Shown here piece after piece: positions 57,006 through 64,000 of a stretch of 64,000 nucleotides of DNA. The notes beneath the pieces were generated by a model. It saw only the letters and a list, made by a program, of their open reading frames with translations, did not search any database and was not told the origin of the DNA. Source of the DNA: Pseudomonadota bacterium (lineage in GTDB: Bacteria > Pseudomonadota > Gammaproteobacteria > Burkholderiales > Rhodocyclaceae); NCBI GenBank assembly GCA_039797825.1, contig JBDKHF010000031.1, positions 31,814-95,813 on the forward strand. The letters are read 5' to 3'. The translations under genes and the position numbers were made by a program. How positions within the stretch are numbered: position 1 is the stretch's first letter; each line of letters opens with the position of its first letter.

Positions 57006-58868
57006 ATGCGCGGCATCCAAATGCTTTTCCCTGTCTGGCGGCAACTTGTCCTGATCGCCATCGGCATACTCATTGGCGGTGGTCAGGCCTGGGCTGCGGC
57101 TCCCGAAAAGCGGGTTGCGCTGGTGATTGGCAACAATGACTACCGCACGGTGAGCAAGCTGGAAAAGGCGACCAATGATGCCAAATCGGTTGGCCGCGAA
57201 CTAACCCGCCTCGGTTTCGAGGTAATTTCCGTCTCGAATGCCAGCCAGAAACGGATGAATCAGGTAATCAACGAATTTTCGCAAAAGGTATCCGGCGGCG
57301 GCGTCGGCGTTTTCTTCTTTGCCGGCCACGGGATGCAGATCAACAACCAGAATTTTTTGCTGCCAGTCGATTTTGAATTACCCAAAGACGCCAACGACAT
57401 AGCCGATCAATCGGTCAGCCTGCAAAGCATTCAGGACAAACTGGCCGATGCCAAAGCACGCTTCTCCCTGTTGGTGATCGATGCCTGCCGCGACAACCCG
57501 CTGCCCAAAAAAGCCGGGCGCAGCCTCGCGGTAGGGCGCGGATTGGCCGCACCCTCTGCCCCCAACGGGCAAGTAGTTCTCTTTTCCGCCGGCGCCCATC
57601 AACAGGCTCTCGACAAATTGAGCGATGACGACAACAACCCGAATGGCCTGTTCACCCGCGAATTCATCCCGCTGATTGCCGCCCCCGGCCTCAGCGTCAC
57701 CGATGCCCTGAAACGGGTACGCACTTCGGTCACGCGCAAAGCCAAGGCGGTTGGCCATGAGCAGAATCCGGCCCTTTACGACCAGACCGATGGTGATTTT
57801 TTCTTCGTCGCCGGCACCGCGCAGGCCAGTGCAAAAAACTCACAACCGACCGAAACCATACAACGCATCGACCCAATGGCGATCGAGCTGAGTTTCTGGG
57901 AAAGCATCAAGGGCAGCGAGAACAGCGATGATTTCCGCGCCTATCTGAACAAGTACCCAGTCGGCCAGTTTATCGAACTGGCGCAAAGCCGCCTGCGCCG
58001 TGCCGGCAATGGCAGCACGACTGGAATAGTCCGCGGCAGCGCCGGCAAGGAGGATTGTGCGGACTGCCCGGAGATGGTCGACATTCCCCCCGGCGAGTTC
58101 CTGATGGGCGCGGCACGCAATGAGGTGGATAGCGGCGACAACGAAAGGCCGCGGCATAGCGTAAAAATTGAGCATGCCTTTGCCGCCAGTCGCCATGAAA
58201 TAACGCTTCGCCAATTTACCGCCTTCGTCGACGCCACCGGCCACAAGGCCGAGGGTAGTTGCAACATCTGGTCGGGTTCCAACTGGGAAAACCAGCCCGG
58301 CAAATCCTGGCGCGACCCCGGCTTTGCGCAATCCGGCACCCACCCTGTCGTCTGCGTCAGCTGGAACGATGCCCGCGCCTATACCAGTTGGCTGTCGCGC
58401 ATCACTGGCAAACACTATCGCCTGCCGACCGAGTCGGAATGGGAATACATGGCGCGTGGCGGCACCCGGACTTCACGTTTCTGGGGTGATGATCCGGCAT
58501 TGGCTTGCGAACACGCCAATGTCCATGATGCAACAACGCAGAGCGCCCGCAAATTTGCCTGGGAGCCACATGAATGCAAGGATGGTTTCACCGAGACGGC
58601 GCCAGTTGGCCGCTTCAAGGCCAACCCCTTCGGCCTGTACGACACGGCCGGCAATGCCTGGGAGTGGGTCGAGGATTGCCTCAACACCAATTACGTCAAC
58701 GCGCCGAATGACGGCTCGGCACGAGTAACCGATGATTGTGGCCGCCGGGTTTATCGCGGTGGCGGCTGGAGCGGCCCCTCCTCCGTGCGCTCGGCGACGC
58801 GAACCGGCAATCCGCCCGGTTACCGCTCACAGCTACTGGGCTTCCGGGTTGTGCGGGCGCAGGATTGA
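57006..58868 (+). CDS. caspase-family (peptidase C14) protein fused to a formylglycine-generating-enzyme (FGE/SUMF1) domain
   Basis: 620 aa from ATG 57006. Signal/TM, caspase His (FFFAGHGMQ) and Cys (LLVIDACRDNP) sites, C-terminal FGE motifs (YRLPTESEWEYMARGG, VYRGGGW). Confidence 0.8.
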   Translation: MRGIQMLFPVWRQLVLIAIGILIGGGQAWAAAPEKRVALVIGNNDYRTVSKLEKATNDAKSVGRELTRLGFEVISVSNASQKRMNQVINEFSQKVSGGGVGVFFFAGHGMQINNQNFLLPVDFELPKDANDIADQSVSLQSIQDKLADAKARFSLLVIDACRDNPLPKKAGRSLAVGRGLAAPSAPNGQVVLFSAGAHQQALDKLSDDDNNPNGLFTREFIPLIAAPGLSVTDALKRVRTSVTRKAKAVGHEQNPALYDQTDGDFFFVAGTAQASAKNSQPTETIQRIDPMAIELSFWESIKGSENSDDFRAYLNKYPVGQFIELAQSRLRRAGNGSTTGIVRGSAGKEDCADCPEMVDIPPGEFLMGAARNEVDSGDNERPRHSVKIEHAFAASRHEITLRQFTAFVDATGHKAEGSCNIWSGSNWENQPGKSWRDPGFAQSGTHPVVCVSWNDARAYTSWLSRITGKHYRLPTESEWEYMARGGTRTSRFWGDDPALACEHANVHDATTQSARKFAWEPHECKDGFTETAPVGRFKANPFGLYDTAGNAWEWVEDCLNTNYVNAPNDGSARVTDDCGRRVYRGGGWSGPSSVRSATRTGNPPGYRSQLLGFRVVRAQD

Positions 58869-58871
58869 AAC

Positions 58872-59705
58872 TCAGCCGATCGCCAGCAGTTCAAGCAATT
58901 CGGCAGTAAAGCGCTGCGGGGCTATCAGTTGCGGGCAGTGATCCGCTCCTTCGTAGCAACTCAGCCTAGCGTTAGCAATGTGGTTGAGCAGATACTGCGC
59001 AGTCGCCGCCGTATAAAAATTGCTTTGCGCACCGAAAGACAGCAGCGTTGGCACCTTGATCAGCGGTAAGACATCGCGGTAATCGGCGGCAACCAATGAT
59101 TTCCAGATAGCGATTGGCGGCTGCGGATCAAGTTGCTGCAAGTTCTTGCGCGAATCCTGCCAGCCGGAACTGTTGCGTTCATAGGTTTCCCGCGAGCGGG
59201 TGTTGAGGCCGTAGGCAATCAGGCGCAGCACGGCTTCGGCAAAATCCTTTTCCAAATCATTGATCAGCATTTGCGAACGCTTGGCGTCAAAGTCGCCGTA
59301 AATACCGTTGGCCCAAGTCACATCGGTGACCAGCCTGGGCGACTGGTCAATGATGCAAATCTGCGAAAGGCGCTCGCAGCCATAATCGCGGATGTATTGC
59401 CAAAGCGTCAGCGCGCCCATTGAGTGGCCGACGACCGCCACTTTGTCGAGTTGGTAATGATCGAGCAGATTTTCAACATCACGCGCCAGCCGTGCGACAT
59501 CCGGCGTTTGTGTAACGCTCAGCAAATGGCCGCCGTGACCGCGGGCATCCGGGCGAAAAAGCTGGTGATGTGGCGTCAAAGCCTCAAGCAGCGGACGCCA
59601 AACGGTGTGGCTCGATGTCCAGCCGTGCAGAAAAAGGATGGGGGTGCCACTGCCGGAAACGCTCAGGTGCAGTTGTTCGCCGTCGTCGGCGGTAAAAGTT
59701 TCCAT
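58872..59705 (-). CDS. alpha/beta-fold hydrolase
   Basis: 277 aa, nucleophile elbow VGHSMGA, HGW oxyanion region. Confidence 0.8.
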   Translation of the reverse strand: METFTADDGEQLHLSVSGSGTPILFLHGWTSSHTVWRPLLEALTPHHQLFRPDARGHGGHLLSVTQTPDVARLARDVENLLDHYQLDKVAVVGHSMGALTLWQYIRDYGCERLSQICIIDQSPRLVTDVTWANGIYGDFDAKRSQMLINDLEKDFAEAVLRLIAYGLNTRSRETYERNSSGWQDSRKNLQQLDPQPPIAIWKSLVAADYRDVLPLIKVPTLLSFGAQSNFYTAATAQYLLNHIANARLSCYEGADHCPQLIAPQRFTAELLELLAIG

Positions 59706-59719
59706 TGTTTATTGAGTTT

Positions 59720-59956
59720 TCAACCGCCTTGCAGCCAGCCGGCGATTTCTTCCCGACTCGGCATGCGCCCGGCAGCTTTGACCACTTCATCAATGACCAG
59801 TGCCGGGGTACTCATGACTTGATAGGCCATGATTTCCTGCATTTCGGTGACGTGCTCAAATGTTGCGGTCAACTTCATTTCCGCAACAATTTCCATGGTC
59901 AATTGCTCCAGGCGATTGCATTTGGCACAGCCCGAACCCAATATCTTGATCAACAT
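59720..59956 (-). CDS. thioredoxin-family small protein (redox-active disulfide protein 2-like)
   Basis: 78 aa from ATG 59956 (MLIKILGSGCAKCN..) with a CxxC motif. This is the usual partner of the adjacent permease family. Confidence 0.8.
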   Translation of the reverse strand: MLIKILGSGCAKCNRLEQLTMEIVAEMKLTATFEHVTEMQEIMAYQVMSTPALVIDEVVKAAGRMPSREEIAGWLQGG

Positions 59957-59966
59957 GATTTCCCTT

Positions 59967-61019
59967 TCACAACAACCAGTTAAACACATAACCGACGAGC
60001 AGGATGCCAGTCGCAACAACCCCGGCAAAGGTGGCGATCAGCGTCGGCTTGAGCGCCTTGCGCAGGATGATCATTTCCGGCGCCGAGAGGGCGATCACGC
60101 TCATCATGAAAGCGAGCACCGTACCCAACGCGGCACCCTTGCCGATCAACGCTTCGACAATCGGAATGATGCCGGCTGCGTTGGTGTACATCGGCACACC
60201 CAGCACAACCGCTGCCGGCACCGCCCACCAGACATCCTTGCCCATGAAGGAGGCCATGAAATCCTCCGGCACATAGCCGTGGATACCGGCCCCGAGCGCA
60301 ATACCGGCCAGGATGTAAGGCCAGACCTTGCCGACGATTTCCTTGACATGCTCGCCGCCGGCGGAAAAACGCTCGACCCAGCTCATTTGCTCACCATCAT
60401 GTTGCGCCGTCTGCCCACCGAGTATCTTTTGCACCCAGTCTTCGAGAAAACGCTCCATCTTTAACTTGCCGATGATCAGCCCGGCAATTATCGCAACCAG
60501 CAGCCCCATGCCAAGATAGAGCGCAGCCACCTTCCAGCCGAACATGCCGAACAGCAGCACCAGCGCCACTTCATTGACCATCGGTGCTGAAATCAAGAAT
60601 GAGAAAGTCACCCCAAGCGGCACACCAGCCGACAGGAAGCCAATAAATAGTGGCACGGCTGAACAGGAGCAAAACGGAGTAACGATGCCCAGGCTGGCCG
60701 CCAGCACATTGCCCACCCCTTCGCGCTTGCCGGAGAGCAACGCCCGGGTACGTTCCGGCGCAAAGAAGGTCTGGATGACGCCCATGATGAAAACGATAGC
60801 GGTCAGCAGGAGCAGGACCTTGGGCGTGTCGTAGAGAAAGAAATGCACGGCTTCACCGAAATGCGTCTGACGTGACAGCCCGAACAGGCTGACCAGCCAT
60901 TCGGCGAAATCCGAGAGTTGACCATAAACAATGAACCAGAGGACGGTAGCAATCGAAATGCCGATCAACCACTGGATCAATTTGCGGCGATCAGACATTC
61001 CGATGGGGACTGCGCTCAT
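59967..61019 (-). CDS. permease (DUF318/ArsP-like family)
   Basis: 350 aa, multi-TM, with the characteristic TPFCSCSAVPLF motif. Confidence 0.8.
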   Translation of the reverse strand: MSAVPIGMSDRRKLIQWLIGISIATVLWFIVYGQLSDFAEWLVSLFGLSRQTHFGEAVHFFLYDTPKVLLLLTAIVFIMGVIQTFFAPERTRALLSGKREGVGNVLAASLGIVTPFCSCSAVPLFIGFLSAGVPLGVTFSFLISAPMVNEVALVLLFGMFGWKVAALYLGMGLLVAIIAGLIIGKLKMERFLEDWVQKILGGQTAQHDGEQMSWVERFSAGGEHVKEIVGKVWPYILAGIALGAGIHGYVPEDFMASFMGKDVWWAVPAAVVLGVPMYTNAAGIIPIVEALIGKGAALGTVLAFMMSVIALSAPEMIILRKALKPTLIATFAGVVATGILLVGYVFNWLL

Positions 61020-61383
61020 GGTCTTGCTCCGGGTTTAGCTTGAAAAAATTGGGGATATTGATGCTTCTGACCAAGGAGACGAAGCACGCTCAAAAAAGAT
61101 GCACCTTTAAAGAAAAAATTTTAGTCACTTTGGCGAGGCCACCGCAAAGCCCAAATTGCTACAGCGAAAGTTGCGCTAAAGGAAACAAGCCCCCCATGTC
61201 GCTTGGCTCCGGGCGATTGAACAGCTTACAGCGGCAATGGTGAGCACGGCAGCTAATTGATCCGCTGCCACACTCCGCCTCATGCAGCCTATCTGCCGAG
61301 AACAAGATAACCTCGATCTCTTCCTGACACTGGATGTTGTAGGTCAGTTTGAGGCGAGACAGTTGCGGTCAACGGCTGAATCA

Positions 61384-61752
61384 TCATGATTTTTCTGCAG
61401 CAAGCTTTCCTATTTTGTACTTGGCCAGCAACTCGTCGGCAAATGGCGCATGCGGACGTCCTTTTGTCTTGGTGTTGTAGGCCTCGGTCGCTTCCTTGCC
61501 ACACCAAGGCTCGATCAAATCCGGTCGTGACGGATGCTCGGGCAAATAGGCACTCAAATCATAAACACCACCGCGTATCGCCATCCAGCAGTTACCCGGT
61601 GTCGCATGTTTGGCGAGGTCAGCTTTGGAATAGATTTTCTCGGCCGCAACAGCCTCGCTTTGCTCGGTCGGGGGTAGCCAGAGGCTACCCGCCCAGAAGG
61701 CTGTGACCAGCAGCCAGAACAACAGAGTCGTCGATAGATAGAGGCGGCGCAT
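61384..61752 (-). CDS. membrane-anchored cytochrome b5-like haem-binding domain protein
   Basis: 122 aa. N-terminal TM, then CWMAIRGGVYDLSAYLPEHPS, typical of the cytochrome b5-like fold. Its ATG overlaps the upstream gene stop (TAATG). Confidence 0.72.
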   Translation of the reverse strand: MRRLYLSTTLLFWLLVTAFWAGSLWLPPTEQSEAVAAEKIYSKADLAKHATPGNCWMAIRGGVYDLSAYLPEHPSRPDLIEPWCGKEATEAYNTKTKGRPHAPFADELLAKYKIGKLAAEKS

Positions 61753-63005
61753 TATCTGAACTCGAAGCTTTCAAAATGGATGTGACGGGGCGTAATACCT
61801 TTGAGGCTGAGCGCCTTTCTCAGGCCGGCAACCATGCCCGGTGGGCCGCACAAATAGCAATCATGTTGAGTCAGCACGGCGGCATCGGGCAGGAGGAGGC
61901 TGAGATCGGGGACATCTTTGCCAGTCGCCACTGCCCGGAGGGAGAGGTTCGGGTCGCGTACAGCCATAGCCCGAATCTCGTCCACAAAAGCAGCATCTGC
62001 CTCGCTGCGATAAAGATAGAGGAGCAACGTCTGCTGCTTGAGCGACCCAGCCCGCAGTTGTGCCAGGAAGGGCGTAATACCCATACCGCCAGCCACCCAA
62101 AGTTGAGGTGATGATGGACGATCAGTCAGAAATTTGCCAAAGGCACCCTGCACACGCGCCATCACCCCCGGCTCAATCGACTGGATCTTTTGCGTGCAAT
62201 CGCCGAGTGCTTTCACGCCTATCCGGATCTCACCGCTTGCCCCAAGCGCGCTGACGGTAAAAGGATGAAACTCGCCGCAACCCCGGCATGTGGGCCCAGA
62301 AAAAAAGGCAACCAACACAAACTGGCTGGGCATGACGGAAACGGCTTCGGCTAATGGTTTGAGTGATATCTCGACCATATCCTTGGCCACCGCTGTGGCG
62401 CTTTGCACTATGTAGGGGCGGGCGGCAAGGCCGAAATCTTCCCGCACGATCCGCCAGCCGAGGAAAAAGGCGGCGAGCCCAAAAATCGGCCATACCGGCT
62501 CGTCGATACCGAGCAGAACCAGGTGCAGCAAGCCGAACAACACAGCCAGCCCGAGTCCGACATGCAGCCAGCGCCAGGTTTGATAGGGAATACGGCGCTC
62601 AAAGGTAACGGCGAGACCAGCCATCAGCAGGAGCATGGATAGCCAGCCGAGCCAGACTGGCCAGCCCTGATCAAAGGGCGAAAGTATCTGCCATGCCAGC
62701 TGCCGATTATTCGGCCACGCATCGCCCGCCAGAAGCAGCGGATGCGCCAACAAGAATACATAGGCCGCCATGCCCGCCCAGTGATGCCAGCGGTACATCC
62801 TTTCCAGCCCACCCAGGGCTCTGGCCAATCGTGGTTCGCGAAGCATCAGCAGGAGGCAGGCAAGGAGTAGACCACAACCGGCCCAACCCACGACGATACC
62901 GAGGCTGCGCGCCAGCCCTAATCCCTCGGGCAGCGCCCAAAAAACCGGGCCGACCGTCGCTGCCAAAGTCAGCAGGGGAATGGACAGAAAGCGCAGGAGC
63001 AACAT
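61752..63005 (-). CDS. ferric-reductase-domain (6TM, bis-His) protein fused to an FAD/NAD(P)H dehydrogenase domain (NOX/FRE-like)
   Basis: 417 aa. TM histidines (WHHWAGMAAYVFLLAH, LHVGLGLAVLFGLLH), FAD motif HPFTVS, NAD(P) motif GGMGITPF, C-terminal CGPPGM. Confidence 0.8.
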   Translation of the reverse strand: MLLLRFLSIPLLTLAATVGPVFWALPEGLGLARSLGIVVGWAGCGLLLACLLLMLREPRLARALGGLERMYRWHHWAGMAAYVFLLAHPLLLAGDAWPNNRQLAWQILSPFDQGWPVWLGWLSMLLLMAGLAVTFERRIPYQTWRWLHVGLGLAVLFGLLHLVLLGIDEPVWPIFGLAAFFLGWRIVREDFGLAARPYIVQSATAVAKDMVEISLKPLAEAVSVMPSQFVLVAFFSGPTCRGCGEFHPFTVSALGASGEIRIGVKALGDCTQKIQSIEPGVMARVQGAFGKFLTDRPSSPQLWVAGGMGITPFLAQLRAGSLKQQTLLLYLYRSEADAAFVDEIRAMAVRDPNLSLRAVATGKDVPDLSLLLPDAAVLTQHDCYLCGPPGMVAGLRKALSLKGITPRHIHFESFEFR

Positions 63006-63035
63006 GATTGACTAGCGTCTCGATCAAATGAAGTT

Positions 63036-63341
63036 TCAGTTTTTCGGCTGCGCCGGTTTCAGATGCTCACAGATACCCTGCCCGCCGCCGGGTAGGGCCA
63101 TTCCGCGCTGCCTGGCCCGCTCTTCCATCAACTGATGATGGCTGACTTGATAGCTCCTGCATTCATCCAGCGTGGTAAAGCCACGAATCCGGGTTTGGTG
63201 CTCGATCCGCTCTTCCGGGGTCATTAGCTGCCAACCCCGGGTATTCGCTTCGCTGGCCCGCCACGGGCCACGGGCCGAAGCTGTACCGATCAGGAAGAGT
63301 GTCAGGACCAAGGTGGTGGTGAACTTTTTTTGCATGATCAA
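63036..63341 (-). CDS. hypothetical small secreted protein
   Basis: 101 aa with a signal peptide (KKFTTTLVLTLFLIGTASA). Lies 30 nt upstream of the NOX-like gene on the same strand. No family recognised. Confidence 0.5.
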   Translation of the reverse strand: MIMQKKFTTTLVLTLFLIGTASARGPWRASEANTRGWQLMTPEERIEHQTRIRGFTTLDECRSYQVSHHQLMEERARQRGMALPGGGQGICEHLKPAQPKN

Positions 63342-63590
63342 CCCCTGAAAAATTTCCTACTCTCCGCTCTCCAGCCGCAAGTAGGCACCTCTAACATTAG
63401 CGCGTCAGCAACGCACTTTCATGCCTTGTCTTGTTCCTGCTCCGCTTCATCAGGTGGCGCATTACGGGCGATGGCTGAGCGCAAGCACGGGGGAACAGGT
63501 AACAACCTGACGAGTGCTCATGACAATCTCCTTGTATTGGATGCTGTGTTCGTAAATCAATTGATCACAGTTCCGGAGACGAATCATTCG

Positions 63591-63740
63591 TCAAAAAGAC
63601 GCACCCAGAAGCATTTCTGCTGGATTGAACACATCCTCGCAACCTTCGAGATTGGTATCGAGCGCGACCTCAGCGCACTTGGTTGTAGCCAAGCCGCCAT
63701 ATGCGGAGAGCCTTTGCGCAAAAACATCGAACTCAAGCAT
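63591..63740 (-). pseudogene. possible remnant of an OsmC/Ohr-family gene (49-codon ORF)
   Basis: Below the track's size cut-off. GAGGAA SD 5 nt before ATG 63740. Ends ...VFNPAEMLLGASF*, resembling the NPxELLL.AL..C segment of OsmC-like proteins but truncated right after it. Confidence 0.25.
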
Positions 63741-63771
63741 GGCAATTCCTCAATAAAGTTCGCTTCCTGTA

Positions 63772-64000
63772 TCAGGCTGCTTCACCTTTGAAGTAGCGTT
63801 TTTGGAACCACAGCGACAGACTGACCAGCGCAATCATCACCGGCACCTCGACCAGCGGGCCGATCACCGCCGCAAATGCAGCACCGGAGTTGATGCCATA
63901 GACGGCGATGGCCACCGCAATCGCCAGCTCGAAATTGTTGCTGGCTGCGGTAAACGACAAAGTGGTGCATTTTTTGTAGTTCGCCCCGACCTTCTTGCTC
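63772..64000 (-). CDS. acr3: ACR3-family arsenite efflux transporter, C-terminal part (5' end outside window)
   Basis: [46 protein letters not shown] is the conserved ACR3 C-terminal region. The frame stays open upstream to the window edge (..[13 protein letters not shown]). Confidence 0.8.
   Translation of the reverse strand, partial: SKKVGANYKKCTTLSFTAASNNFELAIAVAIAVYGINSGAAFAAVIGPLVEVPVMIALVSLSLWFQKRYFKGEAA

Noticed and set aside
61040-61243. 67-aa TTG-initiated ORF in the 364-nt gap between the permease gene and the cytochrome b5 gene
   Set aside because: No SD, lysine- and stop-prone AT-rich sequence, no motif. The gap probably holds the permease/thioredoxin operon's promoter and the terminator region of the b5 operon; I could not define either confidently.
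63330-63791. 153-aa plus-strand ORF spanning the gap between the small secreted-protein gene and acr3
   Set aside because: It overlaps both neighbouring minus-strand genes at its ends, has no SD or motif, and its composition does not look coding. The minus-strand mini-ORFs with SD sequences are more plausible.
1-64000. Scan for CRISPR arrays, rRNA/tRNA genes, integrases, transposases and prophage genes
   Set aside because: I saw no regularly spaced direct repeats, no rRNA-like or cloverleaf-forming segments in the intergenic regions, and no ORF with recombinase or transposase motifs. None is reported.

Overview
A 64 kb chromosomal segment from a fairly high-G+C Gram-negative bacterium. Gene content and synteny (tldD / C-N hydrolase / yhdP / glnE, Cpx-like envelope module, many PAS-GGDEF-EAL proteins) suggest a betaproteobacterium, possibly Rhodocyclales-like; this is a guess from memory, no search was run. 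Coding density is high. I found no rRNA, tRNA, CRISPR array, integrase or transposase. Most of the window is housekeeping or signalling: nitrogen control (glnE), methionine salvage (aminotransferase, mtnA, aldolase-type gene), two type II TA pairs, a Uma2 nuclease, three two-component modules, three large PAS-GGDEF-EAL proteins plus a PilZ protein, an RND efflux operon, fpr with a divergent LysR regulator, and arsenic/redox genes at the right edge. Best candidate for an undescribed system: a compact orphan cassette at about 30.19-32.55 kb. Its first four genes are clearly lower in G+C than the flanks. It encodes two tandem paralogous small proteins with a strongly conserved C-terminal motif, plus two multi-TM proteins and one more small protein, none with a motif I recognise. 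Second candidate: a tightly packed operon at about 22.9-28.6 kb (DUF1538 membrane protein, two PII-like proteins, DUF3124, RCK potassium channel, CPA2 antiporter, cytochrome c), divergent from a cNMP-domain SulP transporter. Other items: an in-frame GC-rich palindromic repeat inside the RND pump gene, an MFS protein with a large N-terminal extension coupled to an orphan binding protein and a formyltransferase, a caspase-FGE fusion, a NOX-like reductase with cytochrome b5, and a Cpx-like module with a consensus GTAAA-N5-GTAAA box. All family calls rest on motifs read by eye from the translations.
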